A stretch of 64,000 nucleotides of DNA from the NCBI GenBank assembly GCA_963827275.1, contig CAWHAA010000002.1, positions 256,001-320,000 on the forward strand, given 5' to 3'. Under the pieces are notes generated by a model. The model had not been told where the DNA came from and did no database searches. It worked only from the letters and a program-made list of their open reading frames with translations. This DNA is from an uncultured Spirochaetota bacterium. Its GTDB lineage: Bacteria; Spirochaetota; UBA4802; UBA5550. The translations under genes were made by a program, and so were the position numbers. Below, piece by piece: positions 9,982 to 20,658 of this stretch (positions are counted from its first letter, which is position 1; every line of letters starts with the position of its first letter).

Positions 9982-11353
9982 ATGTTTAAAAAACTGAAAG
10001 AGCGGCAGGCCCACCTGCTGATACTGACCTTCCTGACCGGGCTGTTCATCGGCATCAACGTATCGTTCCTGTCATCAGCCACCGAGCCGGCTCATAAGTA
10101 CCTCGACTATTTCCACCGGGTCTACCAGCTCATCCTCACCGAGTATGTTGACGAGGCCTCCCCCAGGGAGATGTTCTACGGCGCGATCAGGGGGATGATC
10201 AATTCCCTGAATGATCCCTTCTCGCGCTTCCTTGACGAGAAGGCGTTCGAGGAGCTCAAGGAGATGACCACCGGCAAGTTCCAGGGCGTCGGCATCGAGA
10301 TCACCGTCCAGAACGGCAAGGTGGTCGTGGTGACGCCGATAGAGGACTCCCCCGCGATGAAGGCGGGGATCATCTCCGGGGACATCATCACCACTATTGA
10401 CGGGAAATCCATAAAGGGCATGAAGCTCGACAAGATCGTGAAACCTGATCCGGGGGCTCCCCCGGAGCACGGTGAAGCTCCAGGTCTCCCGCGAGGGATA
10501 CGAGGAGCCGCTCGATTTCGAGCTGGAACGGGCGCCGGTGAAGATCACGAGCGTGGAATACGAGGTCATGCAGGACACGAAGATCGGGTATTTAAAAATC
10601 AAGAACTTCGGGTCGGACACCACCAGGGACGTGACCAGGGCCCTGAAGCACTTCAACCAGAAGGGCGTTTCAAAGATCGTGATCGACGTCCGCAACAACC
10701 CGGGCGGCCTGCTCAACTCCTCCATCGAGATATCCGAGCTGCTGCTGGAGCGGGGCAAGACGATCGTGTCGACCCGCGGCAAGGAGGGGAGCGGCAGGGT
10801 GCAGTTCTTCAAATCGCAGGCCGAGCCGCTCTACCGGGGCGCGCTGATCATGCTGGTGAACAACGGCTCCGCGTCCGCGTCGGAGATCCTCGCCGGCGCG
10901 GTCCGGGACAACGGCAGGGGCAAGCTCCTGGGCGCGAAGACCTTCGGCAAGGGGTCGGTGCAGAAATCATTCAACCTCGATGACGACATCGGCGTGGCCA
11001 TCACCGTGGCCAAGTACTACACGCCCTCGGGCGAGCTGATACATAAGAAGGGGATAAAACCCGACTACGACGTGCTCCTCGAAAAGCTGTCGGAGAAGGA
11101 CATGAAGAACCTGAAGAGCGTCCGCGACAAAAAGCTTCTCGACCAGTTCGTCAAAAAAGACGCCGCGTACACGCCGGAAACGAAAGAGGCCTTCCGCCGG
11201 CACCTGTCGAAAAACGGCGTGGAGCTTGACCCGAAGACCGCGGATTACGTCCTGAAGGACTGGATCTACCGGTTCAAGAAAAAGCCCCTCTATGACCTTG
11301 AGTTCGACCGGCAGCTCACAGAGGCGGTCAGGCACATTTCTTCAAGCAAGTGA
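9982..11353 (+). CDS. ctpA: S41 family C-terminal processing protease; frameshift near 10444
   Basis: DPFSRFL, PDZ (GVGIEI, SPAMKAGI), IDVRNNPGGLL, SASASEILAG, TFGKGSVQ. Removing one C at ~10444 joins the two ORFs. Confidence 0.9.
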
Positions 11354-11375
11354 GATTCTTCCCTGGATAACACCT

Positions 11376-11507
11376 GCCATTGCGGGAAGCAACGCGACGA
11401 AGCACGCTGCCTGGCGATTCTGCCTGTTTCCTGAAGAGAGGGATGGCGCCCTTCAGGGGTTGCCGGCAGTATCAGTTGACCGATCGCTTCGCCGCGCTCC
11501 CGATGAC
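11376..11507. repeat. Degenerate palindromic intergenic element (GTCATTGCGAG...CTCGCAATGAC type)
   Basis: GCCATTGCGGGAAGCAACGCGACGAAGCA at the left end and GATCGCTTCGCCGCGCTCCCGATGAC at the right end. Confidence 0.5.
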
Positions 11508-11527
11508 GCAACACTATGGAGTAGCGC

Positions 11528-12511
11528 ATGACTATTGGACTCGGCCTTGAGAGCTCCTGCGATGAAACCGCCGCCGCGGTGGTTGAAAACGGCAGGACCG
11601 TGCTCTCCAATATCATATCAAGCCAGATCGACCTCCACCGGGAATATTACGGCGTGGTGCCGGAGATAGCGTCCCGGGCGCACCTGGAGACCATCAATAT
11701 CCTGATCGAGCGGGCCCTCCGCGGGGCCGGGAAGACCTTCGCCGACCTTGACTATGTCGCCGCCACGAGCCGGCCCGGTCTGGTGGGATCGCTCCTCATC
11801 GCGCTCCAGTCCGCCAAGGTCATCTCGTACGCGCTGAAGATCCCCCTCGTCGCGGTGAACCACCTGGAGGCGCACCTGTACGCGCCGTTCCTGGAGGGCC
11901 GCGAGCCCGCGTTCCCCTATATCGGCCTCCTGGTCTCAGGGGGCAACACCGCGCTCTACCTGGTCGGCGGCACGGGCGACATGGAAGTGATCGGGCGCAC
12001 CGTGGACGACGCCGCGGGCGAGGCCTACGACAAGATCGCGAAGTACATGGACCTGGGATACCCGGGCGGCCCGGTGATCGAGCGGCTCGCCCGCACCTCG
12101 CAGCGGAGGCCGGTCCTGTTCCCGAAAATCCTCACGGAGCCGGGGGACACGCGCTTCTCCTACAGCGGTATCAAAACCGCGGTGGTGAACCACCTCGCCG
12201 CCAATCCCGGCGCGGACCAGGCCGACGTGGTGTACAGCTTCCAGGAGCGGGTCCTGGAGATACTCGCCCGGCGGGCCTTTGCCGCGGCCCGCTCCCGGGG
12301 CATCCGCACGATCGTGGTGGCGGGGGGCGTCGCTTCCAACGGGCGGCTCCGCGAGATCCTGGCGGACGGCAGGCAGGAGGGCGAGGAGATACTCGTCCCG
12401 TCGCCCGGCCTCTGCACCGATAACGCGGCAATGGTGGCGGGGATCGGGTACCGCTACTTCGCCGCGGGCCGATTCGACGGGACGGACGTCGATGTGCGTG
12501 CCAGGGCGTAA
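11528..12511 (+). CDS. tsaD: tRNA N6-adenosine threonylcarbamoyltransferase
   Basis: LGLESSCDETAAA, GVVPEIASRAH, VNHLEAH, VSGGNT, DDAAGEAYDK, CTDNAAM. Confidence 0.96.
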   Translation: MTIGLGLESSCDETAAAVVENGRTVLSNIISSQIDLHREYYGVVPEIASRAHLETINILIERALRGAGKTFADLDYVAATSRPGLVGSLLIALQSAKVISYALKIPLVAVNHLEAHLYAPFLEGREPAFPYIGLLVSGGNTALYLVGGTGDMEVIGRTVDDAAGEAYDKIAKYMDLGYPGGPVIERLARTSQRRPVLFPKILTEPGDTRFSYSGIKTAVVNHLAANPGADQADVVYSFQERVLEILARRAFAAARSRGIRTIVVAGGVASNGRLREILADGRQEGEEILVPSPGLCTDNAAMVAGIGYRYFAAGRFDGTDVDVRARA

Positions 12512-12584
12512 TTTTACTTGATTTAATTGACCGGAGCCGGTACTATTATCCGGGGTGCGCATACATCATGCACGGGTGGCAATA

Positions 12585-13337
12585 ATGACAAAGTCGGTCG
12601 AAAGTTTCAACAACCTCGTTGATTTTTCCCTGAAGATGATGGAGGACCCCGAGCTGGCGGGGGACGCAAGGGGCCAGTTCATGAGGATCCTGTGCGATTA
12701 TTTTTTCGGGGCGGAGAAAAGTGAAAACCGCAGCATCGAGCTGCTCCTGGGCGGCCTTGAGCCGCCCTCGTTCATCGGCACGGCCGGCTCGGTCTTCGAT
12801 ATCTCTATCGATGACCTGAGGGCGTACGTGCAGGGGGGCACCCTGAACGAATCGCTCTCGGGAAAGATCATGCTCTCTCCGCAATACCTCAAGGCGTTTT
12901 ACCCGCACCACGCGCCGTCGTTCAACAAGCTCCCCGAGGACGAGCGGTTCGAGCTGATGGACGCCATCAAGGAAAAAAATGAGACGATCATCTCCGCGTT
13001 CGAGAAGATGCTGACGGACCGCGACGCGGACCGGAAGAGGAAGGTCATCACGCTCGTCGCCCTGATCATGAAGAACACGCACCACCGGACGGGCACCCCG
13101 TTCAACAAGCTGACGAAGAGTGTGGAGGAGATCATACGGTCAACATTCCGCGAGACTGACGAGGTGTTCACCGCCAGCCAGAAGCAGATGGCGGACCTTA
13201 TGGATGATACGAAGATAAAGCAGATGGTGAAGACGATGTTCATGGTGAAGCAGTTCAAGGACATCACCGGCATCGCTGATATATTCAAGGAAGAGCTTGA
13301 GCGCTACCGTAAGCGGGCGGTGGTGGCGAGGGGCTGA
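12585..13337 (+). CDS. Hypothetical protein
   Basis: 250-aa ORF with host-like codon usage; no recognised motif. Confidence 0.75.
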   Translation: MTKSVESFNNLVDFSLKMMEDPELAGDARGQFMRILCDYFFGAEKSENRSIELLLGGLEPPSFIGTAGSVFDISIDDLRAYVQGGTLNESLSGKIMLSPQYLKAFYPHHAPSFNKLPEDERFELMDAIKEKNETIISAFEKMLTDRDADRKRKVITLVALIMKNTHHRTGTPFNKLTKSVEEIIRSTFRETDEVFTASQKQMADLMDDTKIKQMVKTMFMVKQFKDITGIADIFKEELERYRKRAVVARG

Positions 13338-13387
13338 CACCCTCACCGCCGTTCCCGGCATCCTGTGACGAGAGGGTCCCCCGAGCG

Positions 13388-14347
13388 ATGAATTTTATCG
13401 AGGAAAAAACCCCGAAGGGATATCTCCTGAAAATCTTCTTCGACAAGTGGCAGTTTCTCGCGTTTGACCGGCGCGGCAAGTCGATCTATGCCGACAGCGA
13501 GGGGCGAAGCCTCCTGCACACTGTGCCGGTGGTGGTGTTCATCGGGACAACGTTCGACATCAAGCGTGACTACGAGCGCAATTATATATTATTAAAGATA
13601 CGGGACGGGTCCATCCTGGTGCCTTACCGCGACCTCCGCGACAGGAAGACGAAGTATTTCTTTCTCGCGACGGACAAGGAGATGGACGCGATCCCGGCGC
13701 GGATGATGATCGTCAAGGACGTTGCGCAGATGGTGCGGGATATTGACGCCGGCGTCCAGCCCGACTACGTCGTGGTGGATGACGCGATCACCCCCAACGA
13801 CGTGATCATCATCAAAAACCGCTACAAGGTAAACGAGATCATCTACATCGAGCTGGCGAACAACCACTTTCTGGCGGAGCGCCTCCAGATACCGGACACG
13901 GACCGGGTGATGAACCTCAATATGATGTCGGGGAACCCGGTCTTCCTGACCAGGATACACCTGCGCACCATGGACCTTTCAAAGATCAACCAGCTCCTGC
14001 TCGATTTCGAGATCACGGCCCCGGACACGGAATACATCATGAGCTTCCTCCGGGAAGCGCTCGACAGCGCCGAGGGGGACCCGGCGCAGCAGAAGAACAT
14101 CCCGGTGCTCCTCGACCTGGTCAACTCCTTCAAGTTTTATCACAGCCTGCTGCAGAAGGACGAGACCCTCATAAAGCTGATGATCGACTCAACCACGGAC
14201 CTCAAGAAGCTGACGCCGTTCAGGACGCTCGTCTCCAAGGTGAAGGCGATGTTTCCCGGCGCGGAGGCGCAGAAGCTCTATACCGTGTACGAGAACATCC
14301 TTTACGACAAGCTGGAAGAGCTCAAATCCGGGATCAAGGTCATCTGA
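13388..14347 (+). CDS. Hypothetical protein
   Basis: 319-aa ORF with host-like codon usage; no recognised motif. Confidence 0.75.
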   Translation: MNFIEEKTPKGYLLKIFFDKWQFLAFDRRGKSIYADSEGRSLLHTVPVVVFIGTTFDIKRDYERNYILLKIRDGSILVPYRDLRDRKTKYFFLATDKEMDAIPARMMIVKDVAQMVRDIDAGVQPDYVVVDDAITPNDVIIIKNRYKVNEIIYIELANNHFLAERLQIPDTDRVMNLNMMSGNPVFLTRIHLRTMDLSKINQLLLDFEITAPDTEYIMSFLREALDSAEGDPAQQKNIPVLLDLVNSFKFYHSLLQKDETLIKLMIDSTTDLKKLTPFRTLVSKVKAMFPGAEAQKLYTVYENILYDKLEELKSGIKVI

Positions 14348-14458
14348 GGAGCGCGGAACCCGCAGCTCTCTTTTCTTAGCGGCCGGTACCTCCCGGCTTT
14401 TTTGTTTTAACGGGTCCCCCGCCATGATCGTTATACACTGCAGGAGGAACAGGCGGCA

Positions 14459-15487
14459 ATGCGTTCCATTACAATCACGATACTCATCCTTCTCGCGGCG
14501 GCCGCGCCTGACCTTGAAGGCGCCGGGTGGTGGAAGCTCCATTTCACCGCCCCGGGCGGGTCGTCCTTTCGTTCCGGGAGGACGGGGCCCGAGGCGGGCC
14601 TGGTCGCGGTGATCGGCAACGCGCAGCGGTACATCCATGGCGCGTTTTACGAGGTCTCGTCCCGGCCGGTCGCGGAGGCGCTCATCGGTGCGCGGAAGCG
14701 CGGGGTGGAGGTGAAGCTCGTCGCCGACCGGCGGATGAAGTCCTCGGAGGAAAGGAAGAAACTCCTGGAGCGGTATGAAACGGCCGGCATCGGGGTGGCG
14801 CTGCGCGGCGGCCGCCGGAGCGGCCTCATGCACAACAAGTTCGCGGTCATCGACGGTGGCCTGGTATGGACCGGTTCCTACAACCCGAGCCGGAACGATG
14901 CCGTGAAAAACAACAATAACGCGATCGTCATCCGCTCAGATGAGCTTGCCGGGATCTACGAGGATGAGTTTTGCGAGATGTTTGACGGGGAGATATTCGG
15001 GAACCGGGGCGAGCGGGGCCCCTTCGCCGACCTGAAAAAACGCTACCATGTCAGGATCGAGGACACGGACATCAACGCCTATTTTTCCCCGGATGACGAC
15101 GTGGAGCGCATCATTCTGAAGCGCCTGCAGAACGCGAAATCATCGATACACTTCATGGCCTTTTCCTTTACCAGCGCCGGCATCGGCGAGATGATGATAC
15201 GGAAGCACAAGGAAGGGGTGACGGTGCGGGGGCTGTTCGAGCGCAAGGGCTCGAGGACGGGCCATTCCCAGTACACGAAGATGAAGGTGGAAGGGCTCCC
15301 TGTCAGGGTGGACCGCGGCCGCGGCCTGATGCACCACAAGGTGATCGTCATCGACGGTGAGCTGGTGATCATGGGATCGTACAATTTCTCGAAGAACGCG
15401 AGCCGGTCCAACGACGAGAACATCCTCATCATCGGCAGCCGGGAGATCGCGCAGGAGTTCCTGGCCGAATTCAAGCGCCTCTACTGA
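14459..15487 (+). CDS. Secreted phospholipase D-family protein (two HKD motifs)
   Basis: Signal peptide; HNKFAVID..WTGSYN and HHKVIVID..MGSYN. Confidence 0.9.
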   Translation: MRSITITILILLAAAAPDLEGAGWWKLHFTAPGGSSFRSGRTGPEAGLVAVIGNAQRYIHGAFYEVSSRPVAEALIGARKRGVEVKLVADRRMKSSEERKKLLERYETAGIGVALRGGRRSGLMHNKFAVIDGGLVWTGSYNPSRNDAVKNNNNAIVIRSDELAGIYEDEFCEMFDGEIFGNRGERGPFADLKKRYHVRIEDTDINAYFSPDDDVERIILKRLQNAKSSIHFMAFSFTSAGIGEMMIRKHKEGVTVRGLFERKGSRTGHSQYTKMKVEGLPVRVDRGRGLMHHKVIVIDGELVIMGSYNFSKNASRSNDENILIIGSREIAQEFLAEFKRLY

Positions 15488-17319
15488 GCGCCCTTCCGCC
15501 GGGACGGGCCGCTTCCGCCCCGGATGAAGCCACGGTAGTCCCTGAGCGCCCGGTCGCCGGGGTCGAGGTCCTGCGCGCGGTCGAGGTAATAGAGCGCCAG
15601 GCCCCTGTTCCCCATTGCATGGTACGCCGTGCCGAGCGCACGAAGGACCTCCCGGTTGCGGGGCGCGGTTTTCAGCGCGGCGGTGAGGCCGGGAAGCGAC
15701 GCGCCCGGGCCTCGCCCGGCTTCCACGACGCGGGCACACCGCAGCTTCAGATCAATCCAGTTCGGGTAGAGGTGGAGCAGCTTCAAAAGGAGTGCTTCAG
15801 CGGCTCCACGGTCGCCGGTTTTTTTATGGCACTCCAGCAGCGAGAGGTAGCTTTCCCTGTCGAAGCGGTCAAGCCGGACGAGGCGGTCCAGGCGCTCCCG
15901 CGCATGAAAATAATCACCCTCCGAAAGATATATCGACGCGCCGAACCGGAGTCCGGCAGAGGCATAGGGGGTCGCCTCGAGGTCGTCCGCGCGGCGCAGT
16001 GCCTCGGCAGCGGGGCCTGTCGAGGCGAAGACGCGGGCCGTCAATTCCCCGTGCCAGGGCGAGGCCGGGGCGGCTTTCCTGAGCTCCTCAGCCAGGGGAG
16101 CCGCCTCGTAGACAAAGCCGCGCCGTATTTTCAATAACGCCAGCTCGCGCATGGTTTCCAGGTTGCCGGGATCGGACTGCAGGGAATGCCGGAGGAGCAT
16201 GTCCCGCGACATCGCGTCGTCCGTTGCCATGGCCAGATAGAAAAGCGCCGGTGAGCGGCGGGGGTGCCCGTCCGGCACGGAGGAGAGATACCCGCCCGCC
16301 CGGCCCCCCGCGCCACGGAATCCCGCTGCATGAAACAGGTAGCCTGCCAGGTAACGGTCGTCAGGCGCGCTTTTTCCCGTGAGCCCCGCAAGCGCGGGGA
16401 AATAATCCGCCGCGATGAGTGTGCCTGCGCCGGCGTTATCGCCGCCCGCGCCGGTCATGTCCCCCGCAGCGATCCTCGTCCCGTCAGCGGCCATGATCCT
16501 CACTGAACAGCGGACCCCCTTCCCGGCGCCCCCTGCCCTGACCATGAGCCGGTGCGTGCCCTGCGGCAGCGATACCCGTATACAGTACTGGCCGTGGCTG
16601 AATTCATGCCCTGCCGGGTCGGAAAATATCCTGGCCCCGTCCAGCCACAGATCGGTGAACCCGCTTGTGCCGAGAAGAATAGTGTACTCGCCCGTGCGTG
16701 GTGCCTGGAACGAGCGGCGCAGGTAGAAGAGCGCGCTGCCTGACAGGGGGTAGAGGTCGTTGAAGTCAATGACGCCGCAGCGGTCGGGAGAAACCGGGTG
16801 CCAGCCGGTCCCGGCAGCGCTCCTGCCGCGGGGCACCCCGGGGTCTGAACCGGCCACCGGGAACAGGGCGGCCTCCGCCTCCCGCGCTTCCTCTCTGCCG
16901 AGCGGGCCGAGCGCCTGAAAATCAAGGAACGACAGCGACGCCAGGATGGCTTCGGCACCGCGGGTGTCCCCGTCCGCAAGAAGGAGTCGCGCCCGGAGAA
17001 GGTCCGCCAGGTCTCGCGCAAACGGGTCGCGCGCCGCCGGGCCCATGCTGTCGAGCGCCCGCATCGCCCTGCCGTACAGCTCCGGGTAGGCAAGGAGCTC
17101 CCCCAGCCTGAACAGGTTGGCAGTGATAACGGCGGGGTCGTCCAGCCCGGCGCTCCATGCGCGCAGGGATTCGATGGCCCCAGCGAAGTCCCCCCTCTTC
17201 CGGTGCCGGTAATAGTCCTCTTCAGGGGAACGGGCAGGCCCGCCGGCCGCCTGCGGCGGCGCGGAAGAACAGAGCGCGATGATAAGCATCGCGATGATGG
17301 TCAATGGGCGATAATTCAT
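15481..17319 (-). CDS. Exported TPR-repeat protein
   Basis: Signal peptide, central beta-rich PA14-like segment (LWLDG..IF), C-terminal TPRs (ALGTAYHAMGNRGLALYYLDRAQDLDP). Confidence 0.65.
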   Translation of the reverse strand: MNYRPLTIIAMLIIALCSSAPPQAAGGPARSPEEDYYRHRKRGDFAGAIESLRAWSAGLDDPAVITANLFRLGELLAYPELYGRAMRALDSMGPAARDPFARDLADLLRARLLLADGDTRGAEAILASLSFLDFQALGPLGREEAREAEAALFPVAGSDPGVPRGRSAAGTGWHPVSPDRCGVIDFNDLYPLSGSALFYLRRSFQAPRTGEYTILLGTSGFTDLWLDGARIFSDPAGHEFSHGQYCIRVSLPQGTHRLMVRAGGAGKGVRCSVRIMAADGTRIAAGDMTGAGGDNAGAGTLIAADYFPALAGLTGKSAPDDRYLAGYLFHAAGFRGAGGRAGGYLSSVPDGHPRRSPALFYLAMATDDAMSRDMLLRHSLQSDPGNLETMRELALLKIRRGFVYEAAPLAEELRKAAPASPWHGELTARVFASTGPAAEALRRADDLEATPYASAGLRFGASIYLSEGDYFHARERLDRLVRLDRFDRESYLSLLECHKKTGDRGAAEALLLKLLHLYPNWIDLKLRCARVVEAGRGPGASLPGLTAALKTAPRNREVLRALGTAYHAMGNRGLALYYLDRAQDLDPGDRALRDYRGFIRGGSGPSRRKGAQ

Positions 17320-17472
17320 ATTAATACTATAGAGCGGTCTGCTAATAAATATTCCGGAACGATATTAATTCAAACATATTTTTTATTTTTTCCCTTTCCC
17401 GTTCGTATATCCGGTAGCGCGGCACGCGGCATGCCCGGCGGCCGACGCGCACTACCAGGCCAGGACGGTCAT

Positions 17473-18147
17473 ATGAACGCTCAACATCTCACACCATACC
17501 AGCTCCCGGTGCAGCGGTGCCTTGCCGGCGAGGATGTACGCTCCCTGTCGGACCAGGACCTCCTTGCCGTTATCGTGGGAACCGGCACCAGGGCGGGCGA
17601 TGTGTCCTCCCTGTCGCTGGGAATGCTGATGCGCTTCGGCGGGCTGAACGGCCTCGCCGCCGCCGGCATACGGGAGCTGGCACAGAGCCGGGGCATCGGC
17701 CTCACCAAGGCGGTGAGGATCCACACCGCCTTCGAGCTGGGGCGGCGCGTAATCACCAGGCCGCCGGACCCGCTCCACCTTGATTCACCGGGCGCGGTGT
17801 GGGAACTCCTCCTGCCGCGCATGGCGGGCCTGCAGCGCGAGGAATTCCGCGTGCTTATCCTGAACAACAAGAACCGTCTCATAAAAAATTCCATGGTATC
17901 GGCGGGCACGGTGTCCGAGGCCATCGTCCACCCCCGCGAGGTGTTCAGGGACGCCATACGGGAGAGCGGCGCCGCGGTCATTATTGCCCACAACCATCCC
18001 ACCGGAGAGGCGAGCCCGTCGAGGGAAGACATCAGCACCACGGGCCGTCTGGTCGAGGCGGGCAAAATAGTGGGGATCCCGGTCCTCGACCATGTCATCA
18101 TCACGAACGCGTCCTACTACAGCTTCAAGGAGGGCGGTCATATATGA
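17473..18147 (+). CDS. radC: RadC/JAB domain protein (UPF0758)
   Basis: LSDQDLLAVIVGTG, HhH GIGLTKA, VHPREVF, AHNHPTG...PSREDI, LDHVII. Confidence 0.93.
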   Translation: MNAQHLTPYQLPVQRCLAGEDVRSLSDQDLLAVIVGTGTRAGDVSSLSLGMLMRFGGLNGLAAAGIRELAQSRGIGLTKAVRIHTAFELGRRVITRPPDPLHLDSPGAVWELLLPRMAGLQREEFRVLILNNKNRLIKNSMVSAGTVSEAIVHPREVFRDAIRESGAAVIIAHNHPTGEASPSREDISTTGRLVEAGKIVGIPVLDHVIITNASYYSFKEGGHI

Positions 18148-18453
18148 CTCGGGGGAAGCGGCGTTCGTTGGCAGAATGCCTACATGCATGCCGCGACACA
18201 CGTCGCAAAAAGGCATGCCCTCCATGCCGACTACATGCCGGGATAACGCCATGCCAAAATAGTATGAATGCATGATTAAGCGCAGGTATGATACAACCGG
18301 ACGTTAAAAAATGATTGCACGGGACTGAGATATCGGTACCCTTGTAAGCGGGGTGGAGGACACGGGGCAGAATGACCTGATAGTGTAACGGCAACGGGTG
18401 ATGAAAATCATGCTTCAAACAATAAAAGACTGATTAATAAATTCGAGGTGAAT

Positions 18454-19734
18454 ATGGATACGGGCAGAATGACGCGCAGGGGCTTCATCGGAATCTCGGC
18501 AGCTGCGGTGCTTGGACCGGCCGCGGTTTCCGGCCTGTCGGGGTGCGGGCCGGTCGTGACCGGGTCCGATTGCCTGTCAAAGCCGGGCGGAAAAAAACAA
18601 TCATCAGGGAAAAAGGCGTTCGAGGCTACATCGATCGGTCCCATCAGGCTGAAGAACAGGATCATCCGCTCCGCGGTTACCATGAACAGAGTTGATGCCG
18701 AAGGTCGGCCGAAAAAGAACCTGCTCAGCCATTACGCGGACATTGCAAGGGGCGGAGCCGGGGCGATCATTACGGGGATGATAGACACCGGCATGATGAT
18801 TAATGATTTTCGCTATAAGGAAGAGCACTTCACGGCCTATAAAAAGGTCCCTGACATCATACACTCGTTCAATGTGCCGGTGATCCAACAGATATCCCAC
18901 GAGGGCCGGCAGCACAGCCTTGACAGGCCCGGCAATTTTTTCGTTGATGAGGTGAGCGAGACGCAGATCGAGGAATTCATCGGAATGTTCGTGAAGGCCA
19001 TCGAGATATCGAAGCGGCTCGGGTTCGACGGTGTCCAGCTCCACGGAGCCCATGGCTATGCCCTTTCGGAATTCCTTTCACCGGCGCGCAACACCCGCGG
19101 TGATACGTGGGGAGGCTCGACAGAAAACCGGTTCCGGGTCATAAGGGAGATATTTCAACGCGCCCGGAAGAAGGTGGGGGACTACCCGCTACTCATCAAG
19201 ATCAACGCGTACGACAACCGGAGAAACGGGATGCGGGTTGATGAAGCGGTGCGTATCGCCCGCCTTCTTGAAAACGAGGGATGCGCCGGAATCGAGGTCT
19301 CCTGCGGCGTGATGGACGACGGGTTCAGCACCGTCCGGGTGCCGGTGGTGCCGGTGGACGCGATAATCGAATTTTCAAAATACAGGAGGCTCCCGTCTCC
19401 GGTCAGGGCCGTTTTTCCCGCGGTTGCGCCCCTCGTGGCACCGAGGTTTGAGCCACTGATAAACTACAACGTTTGCGCTGCGGGGAAGATCGCAGCAGGG
19501 ACAACGATACCGGTCATCGTCGTCGGCGGAATCAGGAACATGGACGACATCAACACGATACTGGAGTCGGGATCGGCGGATTACGTGTCTATGGGCCGGC
19601 CGTTCATCATCGAGCCGGACATCGTGAACAGGCTGAAGACCGAACAGCACGCGAAGTCCGAGTGCATAAATTGCGGGTACTGTATCATGGCCGCCAACAG
19701 CGCTGAGGTGAGGTGCTTCTATGGGCAGTTGTAA
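18454..19734 (+). CDS. NADH:flavin oxidoreductase (Old Yellow Enzyme family) with Tat/lipoprotein leader
   Basis: LKNRIIRSA, GFDGVQLHGAHGY, NTRGDTWGGS.ENR, VGGIR, GRPFI.EP, C-terminal CINCGYC; N-terminal TRRGFI. Confidence 0.9.
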   Translation: MDTGRMTRRGFIGISAAAVLGPAAVSGLSGCGPVVTGSDCLSKPGGKKQSSGKKAFEATSIGPIRLKNRIIRSAVTMNRVDAEGRPKKNLLSHYADIARGGAGAIITGMIDTGMMINDFRYKEEHFTAYKKVPDIIHSFNVPVIQQISHEGRQHSLDRPGNFFVDEVSETQIEEFIGMFVKAIEISKRLGFDGVQLHGAHGYALSEFLSPARNTRGDTWGGSTENRFRVIREIFQRARKKVGDYPLLIKINAYDNRRNGMRVDEAVRIARLLENEGCAGIEVSCGVMDDGFSTVRVPVVPVDAIIEFSKYRRLPSPVRAVFPAVAPLVAPRFEPLINYNVCAAGKIAAGTTIPVIVVGGIRNMDDINTILESGSADYVSMGRPFIIEPDIVNRLKTEQHAKSECINCGYCIMAANSAEVRCFYGQL

Positions 19735-19753
19735 GAAACCGCACGGACGTTTC

Positions 19754-20653
19754 ATGACCGTGCCGCGCAGCGCTCTTTTCTTTTTACTACTTTTCCTCTC
19801 CTGCATCTCCCCTGCCATGGGCGGGGGAAACAGGGCCGACGACATCGCGCCGGGCGCGTGGCTCAGGGACGTGAAGGTCGGCTATGAAGCCGACGGCGTC
19901 GGGTACCAGGCCACGGTGCAGATCTATTTCCCGAAGGGGTATGCCGGCGGCAACGGGGCGAGGACCCTGATCGTGCTTCACGGCTACCGGCAGGCCCCGG
20001 CGGACTGGGAGACGCGCACCCCGATCGCGGAATACGCCGACCGCTACGGCCTGGTCCTCGTGTGCCCGGCCATGACCACCACCCTGTATGAATCGAAGTA
20101 TTATCCCGAGAGCGTGAACCGCTGGGCGCCTGTGCCGGGCGGCGAGTTTATTGCGGATATCCTGATCAGGTTCCTCAGAAAGAATTACGGGCTGGCAGGG
20201 GACCGGGAGAGGACCGGGATCTTCGGCATCTCTACGGGCGGCAGGGGCGCGCTCATGCTGGCGGCGCGGCACCCGAGGCTCTTCGGTGCGGCGGCGGGCC
20301 TGTCGGGCGACTACGATGCCTCGTCAATGAAGAACGACAGGATCCTCACCCTGGTGTTCGGGGCGTACGAGGAGCACCGCGAGCGCTGGGAGGACGAGGC
20401 GAACGTGCTGAAGAGGGCCGCTGCCCTGAAAAAGACCCCCGTCTATCTCGGGCACGGCGGCCGCGACAGGGTGGTGCCGCCGTCGCAGACAACGCTGCTC
20501 GCCGACTGCCTGAAAACGCTCGCTGAAGACGGCGGGGGCTACGAGCTGACCGTGGAGGAAGCCAAAAGCGCGGGCGCCGGCCATGACTGGCGGTACTGGG
20601 GCGGCCTGGTGCCCGAAGTGCTGGAATTTTTTGATGCGCGGCTTGAAAAGTAA
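19754..20653 (+). CDS. Exported alpha/beta-hydrolase (putative esterase)
   Basis: IVLHG, nucleophile motif GISTGG, HGGRD, GHDWRYW. Confidence 0.85.
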   Translation: MTVPRSALFFLLLFLSCISPAMGGGNRADDIAPGAWLRDVKVGYEADGVGYQATVQIYFPKGYAGGNGARTLIVLHGYRQAPADWETRTPIAEYADRYGLVLVCPAMTTTLYESKYYPESVNRWAPVPGGEFIADILIRFLRKNYGLAGDRERTGIFGISTGGRGALMLAARHPRLFGAAAGLSGDYDASSMKNDRILTLVFGAYEEHRERWEDEANVLKRAAALKKTPVYLGHGGRDRVVPPSQTTLLADCLKTLAEDGGGYELTVEEAKSAGAGHDWRYWGGLVPEVLEFFDARLEK

Positions 20654-20658
20654 CGACG

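Noticed and set aside
17473..18147. radC as a marker of a mobile element
   Set aside because: It is the full-length chromosomal form with the HhH region, and no mobile genes are nearby.
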